Source of the DNA: Candidatus Obscuribacterales bacterium
GTDB lineage: Bacteria; Cyanobacteriota; Vampirovibrionia; Obscuribacterales; Obscuribacteraceae
Length of the DNA: 64,000 nucleotides
Direction of reading: 5' to 3'
Assembly: GCA_965228855.1 (NCBI GenBank)
Contig: CBDDIJ010000002.1
Location: forward strand, 832,001 to 896,000
Shown: piece by piece, positions 50,499 through 59,757 of the stretch
Numbering within the stretch: the stretch's first letter is position 1
Layout of the letters: each line of letters opens with the position of its first letter
The notes under the pieces: model-generated
The model's database searches: none
The model's input: the letters and a program-made list of their open reading frames with translations, nothing else
Told to the model about the DNA's origin: nothing
Position numbers and translations under genes: made by a program

Positions 50499-52898
50499 AT
50501 GAACATCCTTAATCCATTCGAGTCTAGCGACCGCTCATCGAACAATTCGCACGGTTTTCTGCAAAGCCCGATCGACTGGATCGGCGAGATGAAAGCCGAC
50601 TCCACAGCAAAGCAGTCGGGTGGCATGAAGCTACCGCTGATAGGCGAGCTTTCGGTGCCGCCTTTGCCAGGTTTTGGCTCAGAGTTTCCGGGGCTGTTTG
50701 GTTCATCGGTATCTGAGAAAACTGGCTCTGACAGCGGAATTCCAGGTAGCGGTAAGCTGCCGTTGCCGGGTTTAGACACGGAACTGCCGCAGTTGCCTAT
50801 TCCGGGGCAGCCGAGGCTGCCAGTCCCCGAACTGCCGAAGCTGCCTGTGCCTGAACTGCCGCGGCTGCCCGTTCCCGGCGTGAATATGGAACTGCCGCAG
50901 CCGCCTGTACCCGGTATGAAAAACGATTCTATGGGGCTTCCCTTTCCGGATCTGGCTGGACTGGGTGACCGTGCGATGATGCCCGGAGTGGATCTTGGTT
51001 TGCCGAATTTAAATAGCCTTATAAATGATACCGCTGGCAGTGGTATTCCGGATCTGCCGGGGCTGCAGCTGTTCGATGGGATGTCGACCGCAGGTGGCTT
51101 GCGAAGCGGCTTCGGCAGAAGCGTTTCTACTGGTGATAACCTGCGATCGAACTACAGCGAAAATGATATTTGGTCGCCTCAGGGAAATAGCTGGTCAGTG
51201 GGTGACGACACCCGCTGGTCTGACTACAACGAAGGTGATGTTTGGGCTCCGACTGAGGCTCCGTGGTCACTTGGCGATCAGAATGTCTGGTCTGACTACG
51301 AGCCGTTTTCAGGGCGGACTAACTTGGGAGGCAATGATAGCGCCGGTCGGTTTCCCAAACCTGATTCAGGGCTGAGAACTGTTGGCGATGCGGGTCTTAA
51401 TAGGTCCGCCATGACCGGTGATTCGACTCGAGGTATGGCGGCGGATGCAGTTGGTTCGATCGGTGACGCTGATCTTCGCCAGGTTTTGAAGGCGATTGAG
51501 CCGTTGCTCAGATCGCTTGAGCAGATGTTTGCAATGATCGCGCAACAGTTTGCGGCGCTGAACAATGGTGCTGCAGGTGGTGGCGCAGGCGAAGGTTCAA
51601 ATTCCGGCAGAAGTAGTCGCGGAAGCGCAAGGGGCAACAATTCCGACCGATGGACGGGCGGAAACACCTGGGGCGACTCTGCAGGCGCAGGTAGCGACAA
51701 CCGTGACGGATGGCAGTATAACGCTCCGGCAAGAGAGCATCATTGTGATAACACGAGCCGCCACCGTAATTCGGACGGAAGTGCCGTTCAGCCCGGTAAA
51801 GATGGTTCCAATGATCAAACAAATTCAGCAAGCAAAGATAACGAGCCTCGGGAGACGTCCAAAGATGACATTGAACAACGACGTAGAGACTTTGAAACAG
51901 AATACAATGACAGGAAATCAGGCACCACATCTGGTGGCGGAGCGGGTGATGGAGGAACGGCTAAACCCGGAAGTGACAAACCGAAATCTCCAGAGCCGGA
52001 CAATGATTCGAAAGACTCTAGCGGCATTAAGGACAGCGGCAAGGATGCGAATAGCCCTAACAAGCGCTATGCCGACACCGGAATCGAAAGAGGGCGTACT
52101 CTCTTCAGAGACGACTTCAACGGAAAGTTAGGAGAGGAGCCGAATCGCGAGGTATTCGATACAGAGCACATCGGTGCCGATGGAAAGACGCGGCAGCGAG
52201 GAGACAGTATTCGGGAGAAGGGGATCATCAGTGAGAATAATACTGTTATGGATGGAAACGGACATTTGCAGCTGTTTGCAAAGAAAGAACAGACCTGGGA
52301 TCCGGTAGCGAAGGAGTACGTGCCGTACACGAAGGGCAGCTATCATACGTCAGACGGAATGAACTTCAAGTTGGATGACCATCCGGACGGCGTCGTGATT
52401 GAAGTGAGAGCGAAGCATCCGACGGCTCCTGGCGCTAAGTTCAATGCGCTGTGGATCATGACCAGAGATTGGACTGCCAAGCAGGGCGAGAAGCCCGGTT
52501 CGACCGTCGAATACGATGCCGCCGAGGGTGGTGGCGCCGACATTGCCATTCACTGGCCGTACAAAGACGCGAATGGTGAGACCAAGGTCAAGCACCCGGG
52601 CGGTTTTCACCCGAAGGATGTGGATTTCGAGGACGGTCAGTTCCACACGTACACAGTCGCGATAACCAAGAATCCTGAGACGGGGCGCGGAGATGTGACC
52701 GAATACATCGACGGCAAGAAGGAGTATTCGGCGAAGAGCATTTTCCCGAGTGACAAAGCGCTTCATATCAAGGCGAGCATGGAAGTGTCGCCAAAGTGGA
52801 CCGGTAAGACGCTCACCAGTGAGGGCGGCATGAACTCCGACGCTGCCGGAATTATCGACTATGTGGATGTGTCCGAGCTGAAGAAGAAGGGCGCTTGA
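50499..52898 (+). CDS. low-complexity protein with C-terminal GH16-like glycoside hydrolase domain
   Basis: LPVPELP repeats; LFRDDFNG, ALWIM, VEYDAAEG (ExDxxE), FHTYTV, EYIDG; start uncertain. Confidence 0.75.
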   Translation: MNILNPFESSDRSSNNSHGFLQSPIDWIGEMKADSTAKQSGGMKLPLIGELSVPPLPGFGSEFPGLFGSSVSEKTGSDSGIPGSGKLPLPGLDTELPQLPIPGQPRLPVPELPKLPVPELPRLPVPGVNMELPQPPVPGMKNDSMGLPFPDLAGLGDRAMMPGVDLGLPNLNSLINDTAGSGIPDLPGLQLFDGMSTAGGLRSGFGRSVSTGDNLRSNYSENDIWSPQGNSWSVGDDTRWSDYNEGDVWAPTEAPWSLGDQNVWSDYEPFSGRTNLGGNDSAGRFPKPDSGLRTVGDAGLNRSAMTGDSTRGMAADAVGSIGDADLRQVLKAIEPLLRSLEQMFAMIAQQFAALNNGAAGGGAGEGSNSGRSSRGSARGNNSDRWTGGNTWGDSAGAGSDNRDGWQYNAPAREHHCDNTSRHRNSDGSAVQPGKDGSNDQTNSASKDNEPRETSKDDIEQRRRDFETEYNDRKSGTTSGGGAGDGGTAKPGSDKPKSPEPDNDSKDSSGIKDSGKDANSPNKRYADTGIERGRTLFRDDFNGKLGEEPNREVFDTEHIGADGKTRQRGDSIREKGIISENNTVMDGNGHLQLFAKKEQTWDPVAKEYVPYTKGSYHTSDGMNFKLDDHPDGVVIEVRAKHPTAPGAKFNALWIMTRDWTAKQGEKPGSTVEYDAAEGGGADIAIHWPYKDANGETKVKHPGGFHPKDVDFEDGQFHTYTVAITKNPETGRGDVTEYIDGKKEYSAKSIFPSDKALHIKASMEVSPKWTGKTLTSEGGMNSDAAGIIDYVDVSELKKKGA

Positions 52899-52912
52899 TA
52901 GCGATTCTGATG

Positions 52913-53051
52913 TTGTCTATCAGTGAATGCCGGATTTCGTGGATTTCGTCATTCGCTGGTAGACAAGTCCTTTGGTTTGGAGGAGGTGTGAGCTGAGAGG
53001 GCTTGTTGGGCGGTCGATGCCGGATTTTGTTAATACTGAATGAAATAGTAG
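52913..53051. repeat. dispersed CTACTATA/palindrome element, partial copy (palindrome + right terminus)
   Basis: Palindrome TTGTCTATCAGTGAATG...CATTCGCTGGTAGACAA at 52913-52966; AATAGTAG ending 53051. Confidence 0.82.
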
Positions 53052-53158
53052 GCAGGGTCTGGAAATGACAGGAGGAAGGGCACGTTTGTTACGCGCGCCC
53101 TTCCTCTGCCACAAGCGGTTTGGTTGTCGAATGCCGCTCACATTGCGGACGAACAGCC

Positions 53159-53896
53159 TTAGTTGTCCTCGTCGGACTGTTCGTTGTCGCACGGCGGGCA
53201 GTCCGTCGGGATGTAGCACACGTCGGAAACCGGCTGAATCAGCCGCGCGATACCGCCGAGCACGACACCACCGATGAAGCCACCGATGTGCGCCCAGTAA
53301 GCCACGCCCGCGCCGGTGAGGTCACCGCCGGACTGGATGATGGGCAGGAACTGCATGATGAACCAGGCGAGCAGGAACCAGTAGGCCCGGATGCGCACGA
53401 CGAACATCGGGAGCACGAAGCCCGTGATGTCCGCCTTCGGCCACATCAGCAGATAGCCGCCGAGGACGCCCGCGATGGCACCGGAGGCGCCAAGCATCGG
53501 GACGGAAGTGGTCGGGTCCGAGGCGATCTGCGCAGCTGCGGCAGCGAGTCCGCCGAGCAGGTAGAAGCCGAGGAACTTCAGGCGACCGAGGCGCGCCTCG
53601 ACAGCCTTACCGAACGTGAACAGGAAGATCATGTTGCCGGCAAGGTGCATGAGGCCGCCGTGCAGGAACATGTGGCTGAAGATCGCGACCACAGCCCACT
53701 TGATCTGGTAGGGATCGCCGGAGCCGAAGGCGTTGAGGATCGTGGACGGAACGAGCATCCACTTCAGCATGGAATCGCCGGCACCGCCGCTCAGCTGGAT
53801 GGTCTCCCAGATGAAAGCCGCGCAGTTCGCCGCGATGAGAAGCACCGTCACCAGGGGGAAGGTGAGGCAACGCAGGTTGTCTTTGAGGGGAAACAT
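53159..53896 (-). CDS. rhomboid-family intramembrane serine protease
   Basis: HMFLHGGLMHLAGNM, GASGAIAGV, AYWAHIGGF. Confidence 0.95.
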   Translation of the reverse strand: MFPLKDNLRCLTFPLVTVLLIAANCAAFIWETIQLSGGAGDSMLKWMLVPSTILNAFGSGDPYQIKWAVVAIFSHMFLHGGLMHLAGNMIFLFTFGKAVEARLGRLKFLGFYLLGGLAAAAAQIASDPTTSVPMLGASGAIAGVLGGYLLMWPKADITGFVLPMFVVRIRAYWFLLAWFIMQFLPIIQSGGDLTGAGVAYWAHIGGFIGGVVLGGIARLIQPVSDVCYIPTDCPPCDNEQSDEDN

Positions 53897-54693
53897 TTGT
53901 TTCTACTCCAATTTTGTCCGCGACTCTTTCTGAGTGCGGTTTTGGTGGCACACAGGGATGCTGTGTGTGAAAGAAAGCAGCAGTCAGTCAGTTCGTCCGC
54001 TGCTTGGTTGCGTTTCAGGGCAACCGAAGTTTGGATGTCCGACCAAACCCAGCTCTGTCTACCTGTGAGCGATAAAACTCATTCCGGTTTGAACCAGAGG
54101 GTGGAGAGAGAGGAGTGGAGGAGACTTCTGACGGGTTTCGGAATTTAAGTCTTTGGAGAAAAGAGAATTGGACATTTAACACTACGGAGTAGCGGGTGAA
54201 GAAAACAATCAGATTCTTTCGAGGATATATTCAGAGCATCTCTGGTAGAGAGCGCGGAACGTCTGATTTAGAGCCCCTTTCAAGCGAGGGGTTTAGACCG
54301 AGAGGCTTGAACTGTGCGTGGATGTCAAGTTGACTTGAGATATTGCACAGTTGTGTTATGTTGACAAGCCACCCCTGTGGGGCTTTTGGGTGTTGAAGTC
54401 AAGCGGTTTGTAAGCTTCGCTATTGCCGAACATCCGATGTGCTCGTATTAACTTGACTAGAGGTTCTCAGGAATTGAGATATCGCTAGCTCGACTGTTAG
54501 GTTTTGGAGTCGTTAACTTCCAAACTTTATCCAGTATCTCCAACCCCTAACTCCGTCCAACTGCTCTTGCCTATCAGCTTTTCTTTTACGCCTGCTTCCA
54601 AGGCGTAAGTCAATCGCGTCTGGCCGCTTTCACGAAAGTCGTGACCAGGCGCGCTAGCTGTCTCGTTTCAAACGAAACGACGGAGAAACGTAA

Positions 54694-56382
54694 ATGAATA
54701 AACGCATGCAGAAAGAGCTTGCACGCACGGGTAAGCCGGTGTACAGGCTGCATTTCCTTGGTTCCGCCGGTGGTGTCACCGGGTCCCTCATGCTCGTGGA
54801 GATGTTCTCCCGGGAAGGAGCGAAGCGTTTCTTGCTCGATGTCGGTTTGCACGTGGACCAGCAGAGTCTCGATTTCCAAAACCGCTTGCCCAAGGGCATG
54901 ACCGGCAAGGACATCGACTTTGTGGTCATCAGTCACGCGCACCTCGACCACTCTGGCTACCTCCCGAAACTCATCAAGGAAGGCTTCACCGGTCCTGCGT
55001 ACTGCACGCCGGCGACTTTCGACCTGATGGAAATCTTGCTGCCCGACTCCGGCTTCTTGCAGGAGGAGGCGGTCAAACGGTTTAACAACCGGCTCACCCG
55101 TCGCGCCGAAGCCGGCAACCAGTCTGCTTCACAGAACACTGCTGCCGGCAAGGGCGGTAAGGTTCACGGTGGCGCCGATGGTGGCAAGCAGAAGGGCAAG
55201 CGTGGTGTGAAGGCCGTCGCCGTGAACGCGAATGCCTCCGCTGTCGCTGACGCCCCTCGGCTCCGCCAGCCCCTCTATACCGAAGAGGAAGCCCGCGCTA
55301 GTCTGAAGTGCGTCAAGACGATCGACTACAACGTCCGCACGAAGCTCGCCGAAGACATCTTCGTCACCTTCACGGATGCCGGTCACATCCTCGGCTCCGC
55401 CGTTGTCACCATGGACCTGGGTAGCGGCGCCAACAAGCGTTCGCTCTGTTTCACAGGCAACATCGGACGCGACAACCCGCCCGTGCTGCAGACCTTGGCG
55501 CAGATCAAGGGCGCCGATTACGTGATCACGGAGTCGACGTACGGTAATCGCGTGCACAAGGTGCGCGACCGCCACGCTCGCCTCGCCGAGATCATCAACA
55601 AGGGCTACGAGCGCGCCAAGCAGGGCAAGAGGGACGGCGCCGGCGTCATCCTGATTCCCGCCTTTGCCGTCGGGCGTGCGCAGATCGTTCTCGACGACCT
55701 GCGTCAGCTCATGGACAAGAAGATGATTCCGAACCTCAAGACTTATCTTGATGGGCGGATGAGCATCAAGGCGACCGACGTGCACCGCAAGCACGCCAAC
55801 CTGCTCAACGCTGAAACTCAGGCAGTGATCAACGCCGGCGGCGACCCGTTCGCTACCCCGCGCTTCGAGCTCTGCCGCGAGTGGACCGACTCTGCGCGCC
55901 TGCAGGAGCCGCAGTCCGAGCCGATTATCGTGGTCGGTTCGAGCGGCATGGCCAATGGCGGTCGTATCGTCAGCCATCTGTCCAAGCGTCTCTCTGGTCC
56001 GGAAAACACTGTCGTGTTTGTCGGCTATCAGGGCACGGGAACGCTCGGCAATGCGCTCGTGCGTTTCGCAGACGGCAATCCGTTCACCGAGCGCAACACG
56101 ACCGCTCACCTGGCTAACGCCAACGCTGCGCCGAAGACTGCGAATGTCGCCGGCAAGTCCATCAAGGTTCGCGCCACGGTGGAATTCATGTCGGACTATT
56201 CCGGTCACGCGGACGGTGTCGACATCTGCAGGTGGCTCGGCAAGTTCAAGCAGAAGCCGAAGAACACCTTTGTCGTCCACGGTGATGATGATGCTCTCGC
56301 CGGCATGCGCGATCAGATCGTGTCGCGCCTGCACTGGGACGTCACCATTCCCAAGGCTCGTGAGGTGTTCGAGCTGAGCTAG
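54694..56382 (+). CDS. MBL-fold beta-CASP ribonuclease
   Basis: SHAHLDHSG, AGHILGSA, ESTYG, PAFAVGR, SGMANGGR, YSGHAD, VHGD. Confidence 0.95.
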   Translation: MNKRMQKELARTGKPVYRLHFLGSAGGVTGSLMLVEMFSREGAKRFLLDVGLHVDQQSLDFQNRLPKGMTGKDIDFVVISHAHLDHSGYLPKLIKEGFTGPAYCTPATFDLMEILLPDSGFLQEEAVKRFNNRLTRRAEAGNQSASQNTAAGKGGKVHGGADGGKQKGKRGVKAVAVNANASAVADAPRLRQPLYTEEEARASLKCVKTIDYNVRTKLAEDIFVTFTDAGHILGSAVVTMDLGSGANKRSLCFTGNIGRDNPPVLQTLAQIKGADYVITESTYGNRVHKVRDRHARLAEIINKGYERAKQGKRDGAGVILIPAFAVGRAQIVLDDLRQLMDKKMIPNLKTYLDGRMSIKATDVHRKHANLLNAETQAVINAGGDPFATPRFELCREWTDSARLQEPQSEPIIVVGSSGMANGGRIVSHLSKRLSGPENTVVFVGYQGTGTLGNALVRFADGNPFTERNTTAHLANANAAPKTANVAGKSIKVRATVEFMSDYSGHADGVDICRWLGKFKQKPKNTFVVHGDDDALAGMRDQIVSRLHWDVTIPKAREVFELS

Positions 56383-56491
56383 GCTCGACGCTGAAACCAA
56401 GTCGGGGTTCGAGTCGCAAGCTCGAATCCCGACGATGGTCTTTCCTCAAGATCGGACTTGGGGTTCGATAACTAATAGACCGGAGGAGGTT

Positions 56492-57037
56492 ATGGTTTGG
56501 ACATTCGCTCAGCCGCAGCGCTTCATAGATGAGCGCAAGGTTGTGCACACAATAAAGAGCGTCGCTCAGAAGCGGCTCGCGGAGCTTGATTCGGCGAAGC
56601 GTTTCATCGAGCCGGTTGAAACCGTTCTCGACGAACTCGCGCAACTTGCTCCAGCGGCTGATCTTGTGAAGGTCGATTGCAATCACGCTGCGGCGGATGT
56701 GCGCGCGGCTGTTTTTCAAGACTCGGCCATTGAGCTGCTTCAGGCGAAGTGCCGGAACCGTTACTGGCTCTGGTATCTTCTGTCGCGACTTGAAACTGCA
56801 ACGTTTCCTGTCGACGCGCTGGCTGTCGCCCGGGCGCACGCTCGTGCCAAGCAGTCACTGTACGACAATCGATTCGGCTTTGGCTTTGTCGCTCCTATCA
56901 GTCTCATCTGGGAGCTGAAAGGGATGCCGCCCGGCTTCGTCCTTGAACTGTGGGAATCGGGACGCATACTCGCGAACCCGAGGCACGATTCGAACGGCTA
57001 CCCGCTCATTCTGAACCCGCTACTGATCGACGATTAA
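56492..57037 (+). CDS. hypothetical protein
   Basis: GGAGGAGG RBS before ATG 56492. Confidence 0.7.
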   Translation: MVWTFAQPQRFIDERKVVHTIKSVAQKRLAELDSAKRFIEPVETVLDELAQLAPAADLVKVDCNHAAADVRAAVFQDSAIELLQAKCRNRYWLWYLLSRLETATFPVDALAVARAHARAKQSLYDNRFGFGFVAPISLIWELKGMPPGFVLELWESGRILANPRHDSNGYPLILNPLLIDD

Positions 57038-57044
57038 CCTGTCC

Positions 57045-57087
57045 GAAGCTGGCTGCTCACCCCGCGTGACAGCCAGCTTCTTTTCTT
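57045..57087 (+). terminator. intrinsic terminator
   Basis: GAAGCTGGCTG...CAGCCAGCTTC followed by TTTTCTT. Confidence 0.85.
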
Positions 57088-57640
57088 GATTTTGACTACT
57101 ATATGCGGGCGTATCCGCTGAAAACTGCGGGCATTGTGCAGGCGGGGTATTGGGGTCTTGGGGTCAGTTCAGTGTGCCTCAAATTTAGCTCGTTGGCGGC
57201 GCTTGATTTTGACTACTATATGCGGACGTATCCGCTAAAACCTGCGAGCATTGTGCAGGCGGGGCATTGGGGTCTTTGTATCAATTCAGTGTGCCTCAAA
57301 TTTAGCTCGTTGGCGGCGTGGTGTAGACGGAATTTCGAAATTCCGGCGCTCTGTGATAGACAAAGCCACTTTTCTTGGGGGTGCCAATTCGGACGAAAGT
57401 CTCTAAAGGTCCGCCTCGTACTGCTCTCGCGTTTTGACTGAGCACGTCGGCATATAGTAGTAGTTTTGGCGGCGTGGCGTAGACGGATTTTCGAAATTCC
57501 GGCGCTCTGTGATAGACAAGGACACTCTTTTCGAGGGCTCTAATTCGGGCGAAAGTCTAGAAAGCTCCGTCTCGTCGTGCTCTCGCGTTTTGATTGAGCA
57601 CGTCGGCATATAGTAGGAAGGAGGCGTCGGCATATAGTAG
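57085..57640. repeat. expanded CTACTATA/palindrome locus: core copy 57213-57460 with duplicated left arm, duplicated palindrome+right arm and extra terminus
   Basis: 117-bp direct repeat (57085/57202), 156-bp direct repeat (57310/57466), CGTCGGCATATAGTAG ending at 57460, 57616 and 57640. Confidence 0.92.
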
Positions 57641-57790
57641 GAAGTTTGGGGCGGGGGGAATTTCCCCATTGTGGGCGCAATATCCGAAGAATATAGTGGG
57701 GACACCGCTGAGATGCCGCTGAATTCGCTGCAGCATCTGGAAACCAAATCTCCACTTACCTAGCGTAATCGCAAGTTTCTTTTAACCACT

Positions 57791-59668
57791 ATGGAAGATG
57801 CCGTCCGCAACAAAATTGCCGCGATGACCGACTTGAAAGTCGCGACGCCAGCAGCGCCTAAAGAAGATACGGTCTGGGACCGGGTCTCGCGTGAGGCTTA
57901 CGTCATCGGCGGCGGACTGAGTGATGGATTCACTTCTCATTTAAATTCGAAAAGCCTCGTCGAGAAAAGTCCTGAACTTCTCGTTTCCTTCGGTCTTGGT
58001 GCTGGTTTAGCCGCGGCTCAAGGCAAAGGTGGCATGGTCAAGCTTGGAGCCCAGGCGATCGGTCTGGCTTTTGGTGTGGGAATGGTCAAAGATCTCTCCA
58101 GTCCGGAGCGTATCAACGGTTTGACCACAGCAGTCTCGAACACCTGGAATTCTCCAACCCAACTCGATAACAACCGCGCGCTAGTCAAACAGCATGCGGG
58201 CGATTTCGCTTTCGATACCGTGCTCATGTCTGCCGGTGGTATTGCCGGTGCTGGCAGTGTCAAAATCGGTCGCTCGGAAGCCGCACAGAATCTTCGCAGT
58301 TTGATGTCCGACGGCGTCAGCAATCTCAAGACCTCGACGCGTGCGCTTTTCACAAATTCGGAATTACGCGCAGCGACCGCTAAATCTGATATTCACGGTT
58401 TCTCCACTGGTATGGTTGAAAAACCGATTACCGCCCTCGGTGCGGTTACAGAATCGACGACGCCAAGTTTGTTAAAACCCGCATCGCGCCCGTTCGGCAG
58501 CATGTCTGAATCGACGGGAGTTTCATTCGAGCGCTCGACCGGTTCTCTGAGCAAAGATCTCGCGAAAGCAGGTACTAATCAGTCGGCTAAGTTGAGGCAA
58601 GAGGGATCGGCGTCTCTTCAAAAGCCGCATATGGAGCCGGACGGCAGACATCTTCCCGCGTTCGATGTCTATCCGGAAGGACCATTGACCGCAAACAAAT
58701 TCTCTTCGCGGGTAGAGACAGACGGTCAAGGCAAGCCAACAATCGACGTTAAGAAAACAGATGTGGTCGATTGGGAAATTCAACCCGGCAAGACCTGGCA
58801 GTGGCATCCCAACGAACAAGGCACGGAAGTCCGTCTTCAAGCACAGAGTTTCGTCGACAAATTTATGAAGGGCGACTACGCGGGTGCGCTGAATGTGGCT
58901 GTTGAAGCGCCTGTCATGGAGCGCATCAATTTGAACCCGGCGAGCAGAGTGCATGAGGTCAGAATCAACGCGGCGGATCTCGCGAAGCCGGAAATCGTCG
59001 AAATTAAGATGAATGAGCTCAGCAAATATGCTGAATTCAAATGGAGTCAGGTCGTCGCCGATGGCGTTCCAGGCGATTCTCGACTTGAGGTCGTAATTCC
59101 AAAAACGATCGTAGAACTGAAAAGCGGTGCGGATGTGCGGTTGGTGGACATCGTTCCCACTCAATCTTCAGGTTATCGTCAGTCATACAAAATGGAATTT
59201 CCGACGCACGATATCAAAGGGAAGCCGCTTAGCGCTGAGCAAACAAAAGAGATACAGTCCTTGCGCGAGAGCCCCGGCGGGCAGAGAGTCCTGGCGGAAA
59301 CGGCTATATTCGGTTTTGAAGAAACCATCGTTCATGCCAACCAGCACATAACACAAGGTGGCGGAATTTCCTCGCCGGCGTTTGCCGAATTCGCGCGCAA
59401 TATCGCAGCCAGCAACGAGAATCTCAGAGGGCATCGGCTCTCGCTTCTGGGCTCCCTCACCGCGAAGCACGCCGAGCGGCCGAAGATCATGGAACAGGAA
59501 GTTCCGGCGCTCGCATACGACGCTGGTATGCCACTAAGTATGGTGCGCCACCACTTTTTCTTCGGCAGCCGCCACGTCGAGCAACGCACGCCGGTCATGA
59601 ACTTCTTGAAGTTCCGCGAAATGTTCGGACCAAAGCCGGAGCATTCTTTCGTGCCTAAAGACGACTAG
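57791..59668 (+). CDS. hypothetical protein with Gly/Ala-rich hydrophobic N-terminus
   Basis: 625-aa ORF; LLVSFGLGAGLAAA, AIGLAFGVGMV, LMSAGGIAGAG; C-terminal EETIVHANQH. Confidence 0.75.
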   Translation: MEDAVRNKIAAMTDLKVATPAAPKEDTVWDRVSREAYVIGGGLSDGFTSHLNSKSLVEKSPELLVSFGLGAGLAAAQGKGGMVKLGAQAIGLAFGVGMVKDLSSPERINGLTTAVSNTWNSPTQLDNNRALVKQHAGDFAFDTVLMSAGGIAGAGSVKIGRSEAAQNLRSLMSDGVSNLKTSTRALFTNSELRAATAKSDIHGFSTGMVEKPITALGAVTESTTPSLLKPASRPFGSMSESTGVSFERSTGSLSKDLAKAGTNQSAKLRQEGSASLQKPHMEPDGRHLPAFDVYPEGPLTANKFSSRVETDGQGKPTIDVKKTDVVDWEIQPGKTWQWHPNEQGTEVRLQAQSFVDKFMKGDYAGALNVAVEAPVMERINLNPASRVHEVRINAADLAKPEIVEIKMNELSKYAEFKWSQVVADGVPGDSRLEVVIPKTIVELKSGADVRLVDIVPTQSSGYRQSYKMEFPTHDIKGKPLSAEQTKEIQSLRESPGGQRVLAETAIFGFEETIVHANQHITQGGGISSPAFAEFARNIAASNENLRGHRLSLLGSLTAKHAERPKIMEQEVPALAYDAGMPLSMVRHHFFFGSRHVEQRTPVMNFLKFREMFGPKPEHSFVPKDD

Positions 59669-59757
59669 GTTTAAGACCTCGTGGAGGCGTCCTGTTTAAA
59701 ATCCCAGCGGTTCGGGTTTCATAAGGTTAAACCAGATCTGTTTTTGTTTATCTTTAG

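Noticed and set aside
56401..56433. tRNA-like GGTTCGAGTC motif
   Set aside because: It lies in a single hairpin (GTCGGGGTTCGAG/CTCGAATCCCGAC) with no cloverleaf, acceptor stem or anticodon arm.
57085..57640. Possible CRISPR array or the short ORFs 57103-57441 and 57403-57747
   Set aside because: The repeats are long duplications of the dispersed element without unique spacers; the ORFs only translate those repeats.
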